A stretch of 64,000 nt of DNA from Eimeria praecox (GCA_963920595.1 OY986950.1:3348001-3412000), one strand, 5' to 3'; positions 48,680 through 62,576 are shown, counted from the stretch's first letter. Notes: generated by a model from the sequence alone, not told the origin. Numbers and translations: made by a program.

Positions 48680-48787
48680 GCTGCTGCTGCCGCTGCTTCG
48701 GAGGCACAAACGCCATATCTAAAATCCCTAACTCATGAACGAAGACAACGCGCTGAGGATTGTAAGGAGGAGGCCCTGGGGGGGGGT

Positions 48788-48834
<47 letters not shown>

Positions 48835-48961
48835 TCTTGCTGCTGCTGCTGCTGCTGCTGCTGAGGTTCTTGCTGCCACTGCGGATGCTGTCCCTGCTCC
48901 TTTACACGTTTCACTCGGCTGCAGTCCGCAAAGCTGCTGCTGCTCCTGCTGCTGCTACCGT

Positions 48962-49020
<59 letters not shown>

Positions 49021-49138
49021 TCCCTTCGGCGCTGCAAGTACTGCACACGAAACTCATACTGGTGAATGGCGATGTCCCCGGTGAGGGGACAGACAGTCAT
49101 TAGCGGGCGTCCCTTGATCCTGCGGAAGCAAGGCAGCT

Positions 49139-49180
<42 letters not shown>

Positions 49181-49508
49181 ACAGCAGCAGCAGTGACAGA
49201 CATATCAGAAGCTGCTGCAGCAGCACCAGAAGCAAATATATGTACTACCCACAAGCAGAAACACCAAAATAAAAGAAAAACAAACAAATAATAAGAGTGA
49301 AGAGAGAGAGTCTGCTGCTGCGGCTGTGCTGCAGCAGCAGGTAAGACAAGCCAGCAGCAACAGCAGCAGCAGCAGCAGCAGTAGCAGCAGCAGTAGCAGT
49401 AGCACAGCAAATACAAATACTGCTGCAGCAGCAGCATCACGGACAGAAGCAGCGGCACCAGCATCCACAACAGAGAAACAACAGAAGCAGCAGCAACAGC
49501 AGCAGCAA

Positions 49509-49552
<44 letters not shown>

Positions 49553-49658
49553 TACGCGTAGATCTATGATTTGTAGAGGAAGAAGCCTGCGTTGTGTTTT
49601 ATCGAAAGTCAGCAGCAGCAGCACTTGACACTCCATGAGGACAAGAAGGTCTTCTAAA

Positions 49659-49691
<33 letters not shown>

Positions 49692-49903
49692 AGCTGCTGC
49701 TGCTGCTGCTGTTTGATAGCTGCAGCAGCAAAACCTGGCGGTCTACGGGGGACAGCAGCAAGAGCAGATACAGCCGAATCGCAAGGGAAGACAACAGCAG
49801 GAGAAAAGTAAGAACCTGAAGAAGCAGCTGTCTCTTCTATATATTCTATACCGCACCCTTCTGCTGCTGCTGCTGCTGCTGTTGCTGCTGCTGTTGCTGT
49901 TGC

Positions 49904-49936
<33 letters not shown>

Positions 49937-50011
49937 TGGGGATGATGATGAGGCGTTAGTTGAGGGGGAGAGTGTCGACACATTCTCAGCAGCGGTGTCT
50001 TCATAACCTCC

Positions 50012-50043
<32 letters not shown>

Positions 50044-50302
50044 AGCTGTTGCTGCTGCAGCAGCAGTTGCTGCTGCAGCAGCTGCTAGCTTTCGCCTGAG
50101 GATGTAAGAAAACAAGAGAGCAAGGCCTCGCTAATACAAGTGTTGGGGTGTACGGACACCTCAGCCTCACGCTGCAGCAGCAAGATATGACAGTGGGGGC
50201 GAGAGACGTAGCAAAGTAATATCCGCCTGCCTTCAGATCTGCTGCTGCAGCAGATGTGGGGCCCCCCAGGGCTGCAGCAGCAGCAGCAGAGGATGCCTGC
50301 AT
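36838..50302 (-). CDS. DDB1: DNA damage-binding protein 1 (CUL4 E3 adaptor; DDB1/CPSF-A/SF3B3 beta-propeller family), multi-exon with many homopolymer inserts
   Basis: Colinear DDB1-like blocks: [17 protein letters not shown] (N-term), [163 protein letters not shown]-term [16 protein letters not shown]. First exons 50302-49556 and 49136-47376; last exon 36919-36838. Some internal junctions, notably 38.4-37.9 kb, are unresolved. Confidence 0.88.
37198..37833 (+). repeat. 23-26-bp minisatellite AAGGAGACAGTTAATAATATATA
   Basis: More than 25 tandem copies filling most of the last DDB1 intron. Confidence 0.92.
43515..43700 (+). repeat. 11-bp AT-only tandem (ATATAAATAAA)n
   Basis: Seen directly; DDB1 intron. 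Confidence 0.85.
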
Positions 50303-50353
50303 CGTGTCAATGTTGCTGCTGTTGCTGCTGCTGCTGCTGTTGCTGTTGTTGTT

Positions 50354-50387
<34 letters not shown>

Positions 50388-50495
50388 ATGCAGCAGTGCG
50401 GGATGCTGCTGCTGTTGTTGCTGCTGCAGCAGGCGGCCCTGCAGCTGCAGACGGTGCTGCTGCTGCTGTTGCTGCAGCAGCTTAGGGACAGTTGT

Positions 50496-50533
<38 letters not shown>

Positions 50534-50650
50534 CACTGTCTGCTGCTGCAGCTAATACTGTATCTGCTGCAGGCGCCAGAGAGAGACAGACGCAGCAACA
50601 AGGACAGCAGAGTTTTTAATGCTGCAGTAGCAGCCGTTAGTTTCTTAGAG

Positions 50651-50685
<35 letters not shown>

Positions 50686-50829
50686 AGCTGCTGCTGCTGC
50701 TGCTGCTGCTGCGTAGAAGGCAGCATGTCTCTCACTTTCTATTGCTCTATGTTTTATCTACGTATTTGTATTTAAAAGAAAACTCGTCATACATCTGTCT
50801 CCTCTTTTGCTGCTGCTGCTGCTGCTGCT

Positions 50830-50862
<33 letters not shown>

Positions 50863-51047
50863 TGGCTTACCCGAAAGCCCCACGGGGCCCCCCAGCAGCA
50901 GCAGCGGCTGCTGCTGCTGCTGTATGTTGCTGCTGCTGTTGCTGCTGCTGCAGCAACAGCAGCAGCTAGCTGTTCTCTTGAGTTTCTAAATACATGAAGA
51001 AGAAGACAGCAGATTTGATTACGGCGTAGCAAAACGTGCAGCTACCA

Positions 51048-51124
<77 letters not shown>

Positions 51125-51255
51125 AGCAGCAGCAGCAGCAGGTGCAGCAGCAGGTGTTTTCTTAAAGAAAACAATTCTTACTGAGAGTTTGGTTTATGTT
51201 TTAAACACCGAAGGAGACACTAGAGAGGCTGAGCCTCATCCTCTCTAGACTAGAG

Positions 51256-51336
<81 letters not shown>

Positions 51337-52365
51337 ATGCTTTGAGGGCTTTGTTTGATGTGGGGTAGTTGGATGGTGATGCGTGAGGTGTATGTGCAGC
51401 TGCTGCTGCTGTTGCTGCTGCAGCAGCAGCAGAAGCAGCAGCAGCTGCTGCTGCTGTTTTGGGGGGGAGGGTTTGGTAGGGAGGCGGGGTCTCCTCGAGG
51501 AGACACCTGCCATTCAGGTGCAGCAGCAGCAGCAGCAGCTGCTGCTGCTGCTGCAGCAGCAGCAGCAGCAGCAGCAGCAGAGGCAAAAGAGGGCTTTGTC
51601 GTGTCTTGTTGAGGTGTCTCCTCTGCTGCTGCTGCTGCTGCTGCTGCAGTGTATATGCTTCTTGGTTTCGGGTGTAGGAGGAGACAGCAAGAGACAGACT
51701 CATCCTCTTGCTGCTGCTGTTGTTGTTGTTGCTGCTGCTGCTGCTATAGGTGCTGCTGCTGCTGCTGCTGCTGCTATAGGTGCTGCTGCTGCTGCTGCTA
51801 TAGGTGCTGCTGCTGCTGTACCTATCTGCGGTGCAGCGTCTTAAACAAGTGCTGCTGCTTCTGCTGCTGCGCTGCAGCAGCAGCAGCAGCAGCAAGTTAA
51901 TAAGAGACAGGCAGTTTTATATTATTAAAGGAGACAGAGAGACAAATGGAACAAACAGGATAGGGAGATAGGGATAGATAGCTGCTGTTGTCTGTCTCTA
52001 AAGAAGAGACAGCTGCTGCTGCTGCTGCTGCAAGTGCTGCTACCCAGCAGGAGACACTTCGTGTGCAGCTGCTGCGTCCCCTTGCTGCTGCTGCTGCTGC
52101 TGCAGCACACTGCAGCAGCAGCAGCAGCACACTGCAGCAGCAGCAGCAGCACACTGCAGCAGCAGCAGCAGCAGCAGATTTGTGTTTTTGTTTTTGGGGG
52201 TTCTCTGCATGCATAAGCCCCAAATTCTACAAGTAGAGAGAAGATATAAAATAAGAGAGAGACAGCAAACAGCAACTGCCTGACGGCGGTCTCCTATCTT
52301 CTGTCTCCTCCTGTCTCCTCCCTCTGTCTCCTCCCCCTCCAACCCCTCAGCAGACACTGACAGAC

Positions 52366-52672
52366 GTAGCTAGCTAGCTGAGACAGACATAGCTAGCTCG
52401 CTGAGACGGCTATGGCTAGCTAGCTGAGACAGACATAGCTAGCTAGATGATACAGCTATGGCTAGCTAGCTGATACAGCTATGGCTAGCTGGCTGAGACA
52501 GACATAGCTAGCTAGCTGAGACAGCTATGGCTAGCTAGCTGAAACGGCTACAGCTAGCTAGCTGAAACAGCCATAGCTAGCTACCTGGGACAGACATAGC
52601 CAGCTAGCTGAGACAGCTATAGCTAGCTAGCTGAGACAGCCACAGCTAGCTAGCTGAGGTGTCTAGCAGCTA
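52366..52672. repeat. Minisatellite (~21-25 bp unit, GCTAGCTAGCTGAGACAG[AC]CATA-like)
   Basis: About a dozen degenerate tandem copies between the SAC1 stop and the DDB1 upstream region. Confidence 0.85.
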
Positions 52673-52889
52673 GCGGCAGCAGCAGCAGCAACAGCAGCAC
52701 TAGTGGCAGCAGCAGCAACAGCAACAGCAGCACTAGTGGCAGCAGCAGCAGCAACAGCAGCAAGGGGATAGCGTTAATAACAATAAATATAATAAATATA
52801 TTTTTAATTTCATACTTCTGACGGAGACAGAGACAGAGACAGAGGGAGAGAGACAGAGACAGAGACAGCAGCAGCAGCAGCCTGCTGAC

Positions 52890-53022
52890 CTAACTGTCTC
52901 CTTCTCTATCAACTACCCTCCTCCTCAGCAGCTGCAACTGTTGGTGCTGCTGCTGCTGCTGCACCTGCTGCTGCTGTACCTGCTGCACCTGCTGCTGTTG
53001 CACCTGCTGCTGCTGCTGCTTT

Positions 53023-53062
<40 letters not shown>

Positions 53063-53176
53063 TCTGCAGCAGCGGCATATCAATGCAGCGCATGCGTCTG
53101 CAGTGTACGTACACCGCTGCTCCAAGGAGAAGGAGACAGAATAGGAGACAGCAGCCACCCACGAATCCAAGAATGT

Positions 53177-53207
<31 letters not shown>

Positions 53208-53378
53208 GTTTTGAGAGAGACACCCCACAGCAGCAAACCACTGACACTGAAGCAGAGGCAGCGGGAGAGGAGACAGCAGCAGCAGTTCTGGCAGCAGCAG
53301 CAACGAACGTGTTGCTGCTGCTCCTGCTGCATGCACTGTAGAGACTGTAGATAAGGGCCAAGACGTAAACAAACTCAA

Positions 53379-53413
<35 letters not shown>

Positions 53414-53549
53414 GCAAATACTCCTGTAGCACTATCCCTAAGCCACCAAGCCGCTTCGGTGGCTGCAGCGGCAGCCGCAGATTGCTGCAGCAGCAAATGT
53501 GTAAGCTATCTTCCTTTAAACCATCAGCGAAGTTATTTAAGAAATACCT

Positions 53550-53614
<65 letters not shown>

Positions 53615-53756
53615 GTCAGATAAGGAATAGCAACAAACACAAATGTGTAAGAAACGCCACACTAAGAAGCAGCAGAAGAAGAACTACTTCGTTAGAACAC
53701 AACTCAAGCAGCAGCAGCAGCAGCAGCACCACCACCACCACCACCACTACCACTAC

Positions 53757-53788
<32 letters not shown>

Positions 53789-53909
53789 ACAGCAGCAGCA
53801 ACAGCAGCAGCAGCACCTGCAGAAGGAGTTTCTTGCGTCTTGTAAAATTCCCCCCAAAGATCTTCTTCCTGTTCGAGTGAAGTCAGTCTTTAATGCAGGC
53901 GTACCTTCA

Positions 53910-53953
<44 letters not shown>

Positions 53954-54167
53954 CAGCAGCAGCAAATAAACAATAAGTAACTCAAGCTTATATACTGCTG
54001 CTGCTGCTGTTGCTGCTGCTGTTGCTGTTGCTGCTGCTGTTGCTGTTGCTGCTGATGTTGGTGTTGTTGTTGGTGCTGCTGTTGTTGTTGGTGCTGGTGT
54101 TGCTTTTGCTGCTGCTGTTGTTGTTATTGTTGCTGCTGCTGCTGTTGCTGCTGTTGCTGCTGCTGCT

Positions 54168-54198
<31 letters not shown>

Positions 54199-54309
54199 GA
54201 GCAGCTAACCTGAGTAGAGTATAGAGATGGCATCAGCGTTGTCTGTCCACAGAGTCCTCAATACTTCTTCAGCATAAGGAGACAGCGTAATAGGGGCGAA
54301 GACACTAGT

Positions 54310-54342
<33 letters not shown>

Positions 54343-54624
54343 TGCAGCAGCAGCAGGTGCTGCAGCAGCTGGGGGAGGAGGAAAGGCAGCAGCTAGCTGT
54401 TTATGCAGCACCGCCCTAGCAAATACACTCTGCGCCACACCCGTCCTGTCTAGACAGTCGACACAGTTAGTACGCAGCACTCCTCTCTGCTGTCTGTACA
54501 CCTGAAAAGGAGACAAACAGCAGCAGCAGCAACAGCAGCAACAGCAGCAGCAGCAACAGCAGCACACTGCTCAAGACACAACATCTCCCCTCCAACTGAT
54601 GCAGCAGCAAACCCCTTGTTGCTG

Positions 54625-54657
<33 letters not shown>

Positions 54658-54794
54658 ACCCCCGAACAGGTTAACACAGAAACCGAAGAGACAGACAAGG
54701 CATACAGAGGAGACAACAAACAAAGCAGCAGCAAAAGCAGCAGCAACAGCAGCAGCAAGAGCAGCAGCAACAGCAGCAGCACCAACAAAAGCGA

Positions 54795-54829
<35 letters not shown>

Positions 54830-54981
54830 TGAAACAGACAAACGGAAGGAGCGAAGTAGCAGCAACAGCAGCAACAGCAGCAGCAACAGCAGCAGCAACA
54901 GCAGCAGCAAACAGACAGGAGGAGAAACACAGCGCATACTCACGTGCACAACACGCCAACCAGGGACAAGAGGAGCAGCAC

Positions 54982-55016
<35 letters not shown>

Positions 55017-55162
55017 TTTGCTGTCTCCTCCGGCAGCAGCAAGATATGGAGACACCCCTGCATATCGATCTGCTGCTGCAGCAGCAGCAGCAACTTGCTC
55101 AGATGCTCCCAGTGCATGTTCTTACACTCCTCATGAAAATCAAACCTGAAGAGAAGACACAG

Positions 55163-55195
<33 letters not shown>

Positions 55196-55370
55196 ACACA
55201 GCAGCAGCAGCAGCAAACACAGCAGCAGCAGCAGCAGCAGCGCGAAAGCCTGGTGCATTCTCGTCCCTCATGGTTGTGCCTGCCGTTGTGCCTGTCTCCC
55301 TCGCGGCTAACGGTGCAGCAGCAGCAGCTGCTGCTATTGCTTTGGCTGAGCTGCTGCTGCCAAGTCTCGG

Positions 55371-55401
<31 letters not shown>

Positions 55402-55815
55402 CACCAGGTGTAGTGTACACGTTCAATGGGCTGCAGCACTTCCTGCATCTTCTCCCCGAGTGTCTGCAGCAAGACACAACAACAACAGCAGCAGCAGCAG
55501 CAGCAGCAGCAGAATATGTCTCCTATTAGCAGCACGTGCTGCTGAAAGGAGACACACAGAGCTACACTCACCCGCTGCCAGCCCTTCTTGTCGATCAAGT
55601 TGACTGCCTCAACATCCCCGTACCGCCTGCAGCAGCAGCAGCAGCAACAACAACAGCAACAGCAGCAACCGTAGCAGCAGCAGCAGCAACAGCAGCAGCG
55701 GCAACAGCATCAGCAGCAGCAGCAGTGTGCACTACAGGAGGAGACTCGAAGAAACAGTTATACCGACAACAGCAGCAACAGCAGCAGCACCACAACACAG
55801 GGGCAGCAGCAGCCG

Positions 55816-55856
<41 letters not shown>

Positions 55857-55957
55857 ACAGCAGCAGCGTACTTGACGAGAGAAGAGAAGTGAAGCCTGGC
55901 AGCAGCCTGCTGCTCCTCCTCGCGACCGTTTAGGTGAGGTGTAGGACACCAGCTGCA

Positions 55958-55988
<31 letters not shown>

Positions 55989-56116
55989 CAACAGAATAGA
56001 CAGCAGGCAATAAATATAAGCTTTCTGCTGCTGCTGCACAGCAGCAGCAGCAGCAGCTGCTGCTGCTGCTGGTTTTCTCTACACGGATTTCTATGGAGCT
56101 ACTGCTGTCCCTGTGT

Positions 56117-56164
<48 letters not shown>

Positions 56165-56254
56165 CTCTTTACTACCCCTGCATCTTATGCTGCAGCTACA
56201 GCTGCTGTAGCTAACGCTGCTGCTGCTGTTGATTGCTGATACTGCTTCTATTAA

Positions 56255-56285
<31 letters not shown>

Positions 56286-56293
56286 TCTGCTGC

Positions 56294-56345
<52 letters not shown>

Positions 56346-56437
56346 AGCTTACCTGAGTGTCGGTGGCTGCTGCCACAGGAGGGGTATCGAGCCTCGAACC
56401 TGCACACAGCTCTGAATGTCTAGCCTCCAAGTCCTCT

Positions 56438-56476
<39 letters not shown>

Positions 56477-56731
56477 TGTTCCTGCTGCTGCTGCTGTTGC
56501 CGCTGCTGCTGCTGTTGCTGCCGCAGCTGTTGCTTCTGATGCTTGAGCTGCTGCTGGTGCTGGTGCTGCTGCTCGTAGTGGCCGTGCTGCTGCTGCTGTT
56601 GCTGCTGCTGCTGTCTATAAAGGGAGACGTACAAGAAGGCTGAGAGTCATGGTAGTAATGCAGCAGCAGCTGCTCTGTCTCTACGAAGTTTGACGCAGCT
56701 CCTAAGCAGCAGCAGCAGCAGCAGCAACACG

Positions 56732-56766
<35 letters not shown>

Positions 56767-56870
56767 TAGCAGCATTAAGAAGATGTGCTCTGTAGTGTTT
56801 AAGGCTTGCAGCAGTCAGAAACGCAGCACCAGCAGCAGCAGCAGCAGTAATACTAAATCCCAGCAGGAGT

Positions 56871-56907
<37 letters not shown>

Positions 56908-58174
56908 GACAGGAGAGGGGACAGAAACACAAGGAGACAGAGAGGCAGAGAGACACAGAGACAGAGAGAGAGAGAGACAGAGACAGAGAGAGAGAGAGAC
57001 AGAGACAGAGAGAGAGACAGAGACAGAGACAGAGACAGAGACAGAGAGAGAGAGAGACAAGAGAGAGAGAGAGAGAGACAGAGACAGAGAGAGAGAGACA
57101 GAGAGAGAGAGAGACAGAGACAGAGAGAGAGAGACAAAGGAGACAGAGAAAAGAGAAGGAGACAGAAGAAGAGACAGCAAAGAGAGGAGGAGACACACCC
57201 TCCCTAGCTACTTCAATAATATTAAATTAATTTAAAATATAATTAATTAAATTAAACTAAACTAAATTAAATTAAATTAAATTAAATCAAATTAAATTAA
57301 ATTAAATTAAATTAAATTAAATCAAATTAAATTAAATTAATTTAACATATAATTAAATTAAATTAAATTAAATTATATTAAATTAAATCAAATTAAATTG
57401 AGTTAAATCAACTTAATATATAATTAAATTAAATTAAACTAAATTAAATCAAATTAAATTAAATTAAATTAAATTAAATTAAATTAAATTAATATATAAT
57501 TAATTAAATTAAATTAAATTAAATTAATATATAATTAATTAAATTAAATTAATTAAATTAAATTAAATTAAAGACAAACCCTGGAGACTGAGGCCTCTAC
57601 TATGAAAGCGAGCTCCTATCCTCGCTGTCTCTCTCCTCGATATCAGCAGCAGATACACCGCAGATGTGCTGCTGCTGTACAGACACCCCGACCCCACATA
57701 CCTGCAGCACAGCAGCAGCAAGACACATACAGTAAACCTTCTGCTGCTGCTGCTGCTGCTGCAGCTTGCTGCAGCAACTGAAGCTGCAGCAGCTCCAGCA
57801 GCTGCAGCAGAAACTGCGACGCCATCTGCTGCTGCTGCTGCTGCTGCTGCAGCCAGTAAGAGAGACACAGGAGACACAGGAGACACAGAGGCGACAGAGA
57901 CAGAGAGAGGCAGAGAGAGACTGAGAGAGACAGAGAAAGACAGAGAGAGACAGAGAGAGACAGACGGAGACAGAGACAGAGAGAGACAGAGAGAGACAGA
58001 CAGAGACAGAGACAGAGAGAGACAGAGACAGAGGAGACAGAGACAGAGACAGAGGAGACACACCCCTGTATAGCTCGAACCCCAAATGTTGCTGCGTGCT
58101 GCTGCAGCGGCAGCAGCAGCAGCTTATTCCAGAAGAATCGATCTCTGTCTTCTTCAGTCTCCTTAGCAGCAGCA

Positions 58175-58205
<31 letters not shown>

Positions 58206-58365
58206 CAGCAGCAGCAGCAGCAGGAGCGTAGGAGGATGAGGAGACACATGTTTGCTGCAGAGCCTGCTGCAAGGAGACAGTTAAATCAACGGAGACAGAG
58301 AAGAAGAAGCCACCGCCAGCTAACGCCTCTAAAACCCACGACACATACGGGCTGCCGCAGTCGAA

Positions 58366-58431
<66 letters not shown>

Positions 58432-58537
58432 GCTGCTGCAGGCAGCAACAACATCTGTCACGTACACGTCTGCTGCTAAGGCATCGCCCGGCCTCAGCCG
58501 CAGCGGCCTCCTCAGCTTCCTTGTGCGCAGAACCCGC

Positions 58538-58602
<65 letters not shown>

Positions 58603-58796
58603 CGGGAGGCGTAGGTCAATAGCCCTGAAAGCCTTTATACTGAAGATGCTGCTACCTCCAATCTCTGCTTCGTAATTTGCTGCTTCAACGAGCAGCAGAC
58701 ATCCCCCTCCCCCCTGTCCATACACCCCAAAGACACCCCAGCAGCAGAAACGCTCTAAACACTGCTGCTGCTGATGTGCTGCTGCTGCTGCTGCTG

Positions 58797-58835
<39 letters not shown>

Positions 58836-59091
58836 GTGGTGGTGGTCGAGAAGCAGACACACGAAAGCAGCAAGCCGTCCTGCCATCCCTGTCACTGCTG
58901 CTGCTGCCGTTGCTGCTGCTGCTACTGCTGCTGCTGCTGCTGCTGTTGCTGTCCTGGGATTGTGCTGCAGCAGGATCGATGATGCGGTGTATGTACACCT
59001 CGGCACCGCCGGGCTGCCGCTGCGCCAGCCGCACGTAGTGTACATACACCTCACATTCTAGCGGAGGCGCCTGCAGCAGCGAAGCATTCAT
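52890..59091 (-). CDS. SAC1: SAC1-type phosphoinositide (PI4P) phosphatase with C-terminal TM anchor
   Basis: Phase-consistent exons: 59091-58064, 57701-57580, 56701-56353, 55952-55872, 55626-55572, 55463-55405, 55145-54944, 54501-54210, 53904-53817, 53547-52890. SAC motifs FFFSVSVDLT, DRFFWN, LISRR..RIGARFHSRG, NFVETEQ, VQVRGSIPLLWQQ, VNLIDKKG, WFDFHEEC, RTNCVDCLDRT (CX5R), WTDNADAISILYSGTPALKTDFTRTG, RYFLNNFADG, then two hydrophobic segments and IDMPLL. Confidence 0.92.
57218..57572. repeat. (AAATT)n pentamer field
   Basis: Seen directly; SAC1 intron 2. Confidence 0.9.
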
Positions 59092-59148
59092 CTCCAAGAC
59101 AAATCATCTACGTGTCACCAGACATCCCATACTTTGCTGCTGCTGCTG

Positions 59149-59208
<60 letters not shown>

Positions 59209-59239
59209 CTGCTGCTGCTGCTGATGATGATGATGATGC

Positions 59240-59271
<32 letters not shown>

Positions 59272-59402
59272 ATGCTGCTGCTGATGCTGCTGCTGCTGCT
59301 GCTGATGCTGCTGATGCAGCTGCTGCTGCTGCTGATGATGATGATACTGCTAACACTCTACCTACAACAGCAGTAGTAGCGGCAGCAGCAGATGCTGCTG
59401 CT

Positions 59403-59436
<34 letters not shown>

Positions 59437-59810
59437 CTACAGGATCTATTTATCTGAACGCTGTCTGAGAAGCCTGCTGCTGCTGCTTCTTCATACACCA
59501 AGTAGAATTCAGAGCAACCTGCAGCAAGACAGGGGTCTCTGCTGCTGCTGCTGCTGCTGCAGCAGCAACATCTGCTGCTGCTTCTCCTGCTGCTGCTGCT
59601 GCTGCTGCTGTTCCCGCTGCGCTGCTGTTGCTGCTGCTCGCCGCAGCAGCAAGCCTTGGCGTCCTAGCTCGAAGGCTGCTGCTGTCTGCAGCACACCGCC
59701 GCTGCAGCAGCAGCAAGATGAGGGGGCTAGCAGCTATTGTATGTCAACTTAAGGAAGTTGCTGCTGCTGTAAGGTCTTGAGGCTGAGGGAGATCTGCCTG
59801 TCTGCTGCTG

Positions 59811-59845
<35 letters not shown>

Positions 59846-60002
59846 GGTTGGTCGCTGCCTGCTGCTGCTGCTGCTGCTGCTGCTGTTTGCTGCTGCTGTT
59901 CGTATCTGCTGCTTCTTTTGTGTTTTATTACAAGTAGTATTGTCGAGTCATTGAAGATGTTTTAGCTGGGATAAATGCAGCTGCAGCAGCAGCTGCTGCT
60001 GC

Positions 60003-60051
<49 letters not shown>

Positions 60052-60405
60052 AGGGAGCGCGCGACTGTGCTGCTGTATCGAAGAAGCCTCTCTCTGTAGC
60101 AAACAGAAGACACATTTGCCTGTTTATGAGCGTAATAAATAATATATTTAATTGCTGTAGCATGAATATGCCTCTAAAGACAGCCCCGCTGCAGCGCCAG
60201 CAGCACACCCGTGTTGCTGCTGCTGCTGCTGCTGCAGCAGCAGCAACAGCAGCAGCAACAGCAGCAACAGCAGCAGCAACAGCAGCAGCAACAGCAGCAG
60301 CAGCAGCATGCAGCATGCGGCGGCCTCTGGGGCCTTACTCTACGAAAGAGTTTGTTTGCATCCGTTTCTGTTTGGCTTGAGAGGTTAATCGACAGAATTT
60401 GCTGC

Positions 60406-60455
<50 letters not shown>

Positions 60456-60550
60456 CAGCGCCGCGCATCCCCGCCTGCAGCAAACCCTAGAAAGGCAGGG
60501 GGCCCCTCCCTCAAACCCGGAGGCCCCTTATCTTTCATAGTTTGTCAAGG

Positions 60551-60591
<41 letters not shown>

Positions 60592-60773
60592 GCAACTGCA
60601 ACAGCAGCAACAGCAGCAACAGCAACAACTGCAGCAGCAGCAACAGAACCACCAGCAACAGCAGCAACAACATCACCACCAGCAGCAACAACCCTCTTAG
60701 CATCACTAACAACGGCAGGAGCAGCAACAACACCCGTAACAGCAGCAGCAGCAGCAGCAACCAGCAGCAGCAG

Positions 60774-60805
<32 letters not shown>

Positions 60806-60872
60806 CTGCGTCGAAGTTGGGAGAGGGGCCCCCTGAAGCTCCTCAACTTCCTGCTGCAGCTTAAACCTGCCA
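59092..60872. promoter_or_regulatory. Putative bidirectional promoter/5'UTR region between SAC1 and the GLTSCR1-like gene
   Basis: Divergent ATGs ~1.8 kb apart with an AT-rich patch near 60125-60155. Inferred from layout only. Confidence 0.35.
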
Positions 60873-61818
60873 ATGAATCAAGGTGTACCTACGCAGCAGC
60901 AGCCTCCTGCTGCTGCTGCTCCTGCTGCTGCTCCTGCTGCTGCTGCTGCTGCTGCTGCTAGGCTAGCAGCAACGGGTGCTGCTCCTCCTTCTGGAGCTGT
61001 TACAACAGCAGCAGCAGCAGCACCACCGGCGCCTGCAGCAGCAGCAGCAGCGCCTGCCGCAGCAGCACCTGTAGCTGCAGCACCTGCAGCAGCAGCAGCA
61101 GCACCAGCAGCATCACCAGCCGCAGCAGCGCCACCACCATCAGCATCATCAGTAGCAGCAACACCTGCAGCAGCAGCAGCACCTGCAGCAGCAGCACCTG
61201 CAGCAGCAGCACCTGCAGCATCAACAGCACCAGCAGCAGCACCACCAGCAGCTGCTGCAGCAGCACCAGCAGCAGCACCAGCAGCAGCAGCAGGGGGGCG
61301 GATGCCTTCAGCAGCAGGCGGAGGTTTGTTTGCTCTTTCAGGTGTACAGACAGGTTCTACTGTGGGGGCTCCCTTGTCTGCTGCTGCTCCTGCAGCAGCA
61401 ACTCCTGCTGCTCCTGCAGCAGCAACTCCTGCTGCTGCTGCTGCAGCAGCAGCAGCAGCAGGTAGTAGTTTAGTTGGGTTCCCTGGTCTTGCTGCTGCTG
61501 CAGCGCCTGCTTCAGCAGCATCTCCAGCAGCAGCAACAGCAGCAGCAGCAGCTGCTGCTGCTGCAGCAGCAGCAGCACCAGCAGCCTCCCCAGCAGGAGC
61601 AGCACCAGCAGTAGCAGCTCCAGGCGTATCTCCAGCAGCAGCAGCTGCAGGACCATCAGCAGCAGCAGCAGGAGCACCAGCAGCAGCAGCAGGAGCAGCA
61701 GCAGCAGGAACATCAGCAGCAGGAGGAGCAGCAGCAGCAGAACTAAGCCGGCGTCTCGCCCTGTTTGGTGCTGCTGTTGCTTCCGCTCAGCGAGGGCTTC
61801 AGGGTTTGTTTAAACCCG

Positions 61819-61854
<36 letters not shown>

Positions 61855-61914
61855 TAAGCAGCGGACTGTCTCTTCAGGATGCTGCGGGTGTCTCTGTCTG
61901 TCCCTCAACAACAA

Positions 61915-61946
<32 letters not shown>

Positions 61947-62373
61947 TCTGCTGCTGCTGCTGCTGGTCTAGGGGGGGGGCCATCGATGCCCCTGAAAGCC
62001 CTCCCTACGGGGGGGGGCCCCCTCCCGCTGCAGCAGACAAATTATCTGCTGCAGCAAACTCGGTTGGGGGGCCCCTTCGCGCTGCAGCCTGTTGCTGCTT
62101 ATGACGATCCTCTGCTGCTGCCTCCTCTCTTCCCTCATCTCGCTCCTCTACAGACACCTGCCTTGTTAGCAGCAAGTCAGCTGCAGCCGCCTGCTGCTGC
62201 TGCTGCTGCTGCTGCTGCAGGTGCTGCTGCTGCTGCTGCTGCTCCTGCTGCAGCAACAGCTGCGACGCCGATGCTCTCCCACCCCCCTAACACTGCAGCA
62301 ACAGCAGCAACAACAGCAACAACAGCAGCAACACCAGCACCAACACCAGCAGCAACAGCAGCAACAACAGCAG

Positions 62374-62414
<41 letters not shown>

Positions 62415-62544
62415 GCAGGAGGTTCTTCTCTTCCCTGTCGTGTCTCTCTAGACGAGAGCAGCGTCAGCAGCCCGTCTCCAGCAGCAGGGACAACAGACTC
62501 TCCCTCCCCGGGGCTATCATCATCATCATCATCAACAGCAGCAG

Positions 62545-62576
<32 letters not shown>

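Noticed and set aside
36838..50302. Assignment as CPSF160 or SF3B3 rather than DDB1
   Set aside because: The N-terminal YxxT..PT, the D.E..GQ.QL..C.G segment, VGD.M.S..EVARD..W and the C-terminal E.L..LH match DDB1 better.
59108..59468. Ala/Asp repeat ORF (MSPDIPYFAAAADAAA..)
   Set aside because: A GCT/GAT repeat within the presumed SAC1 5' region, with no non-repetitive coding content.
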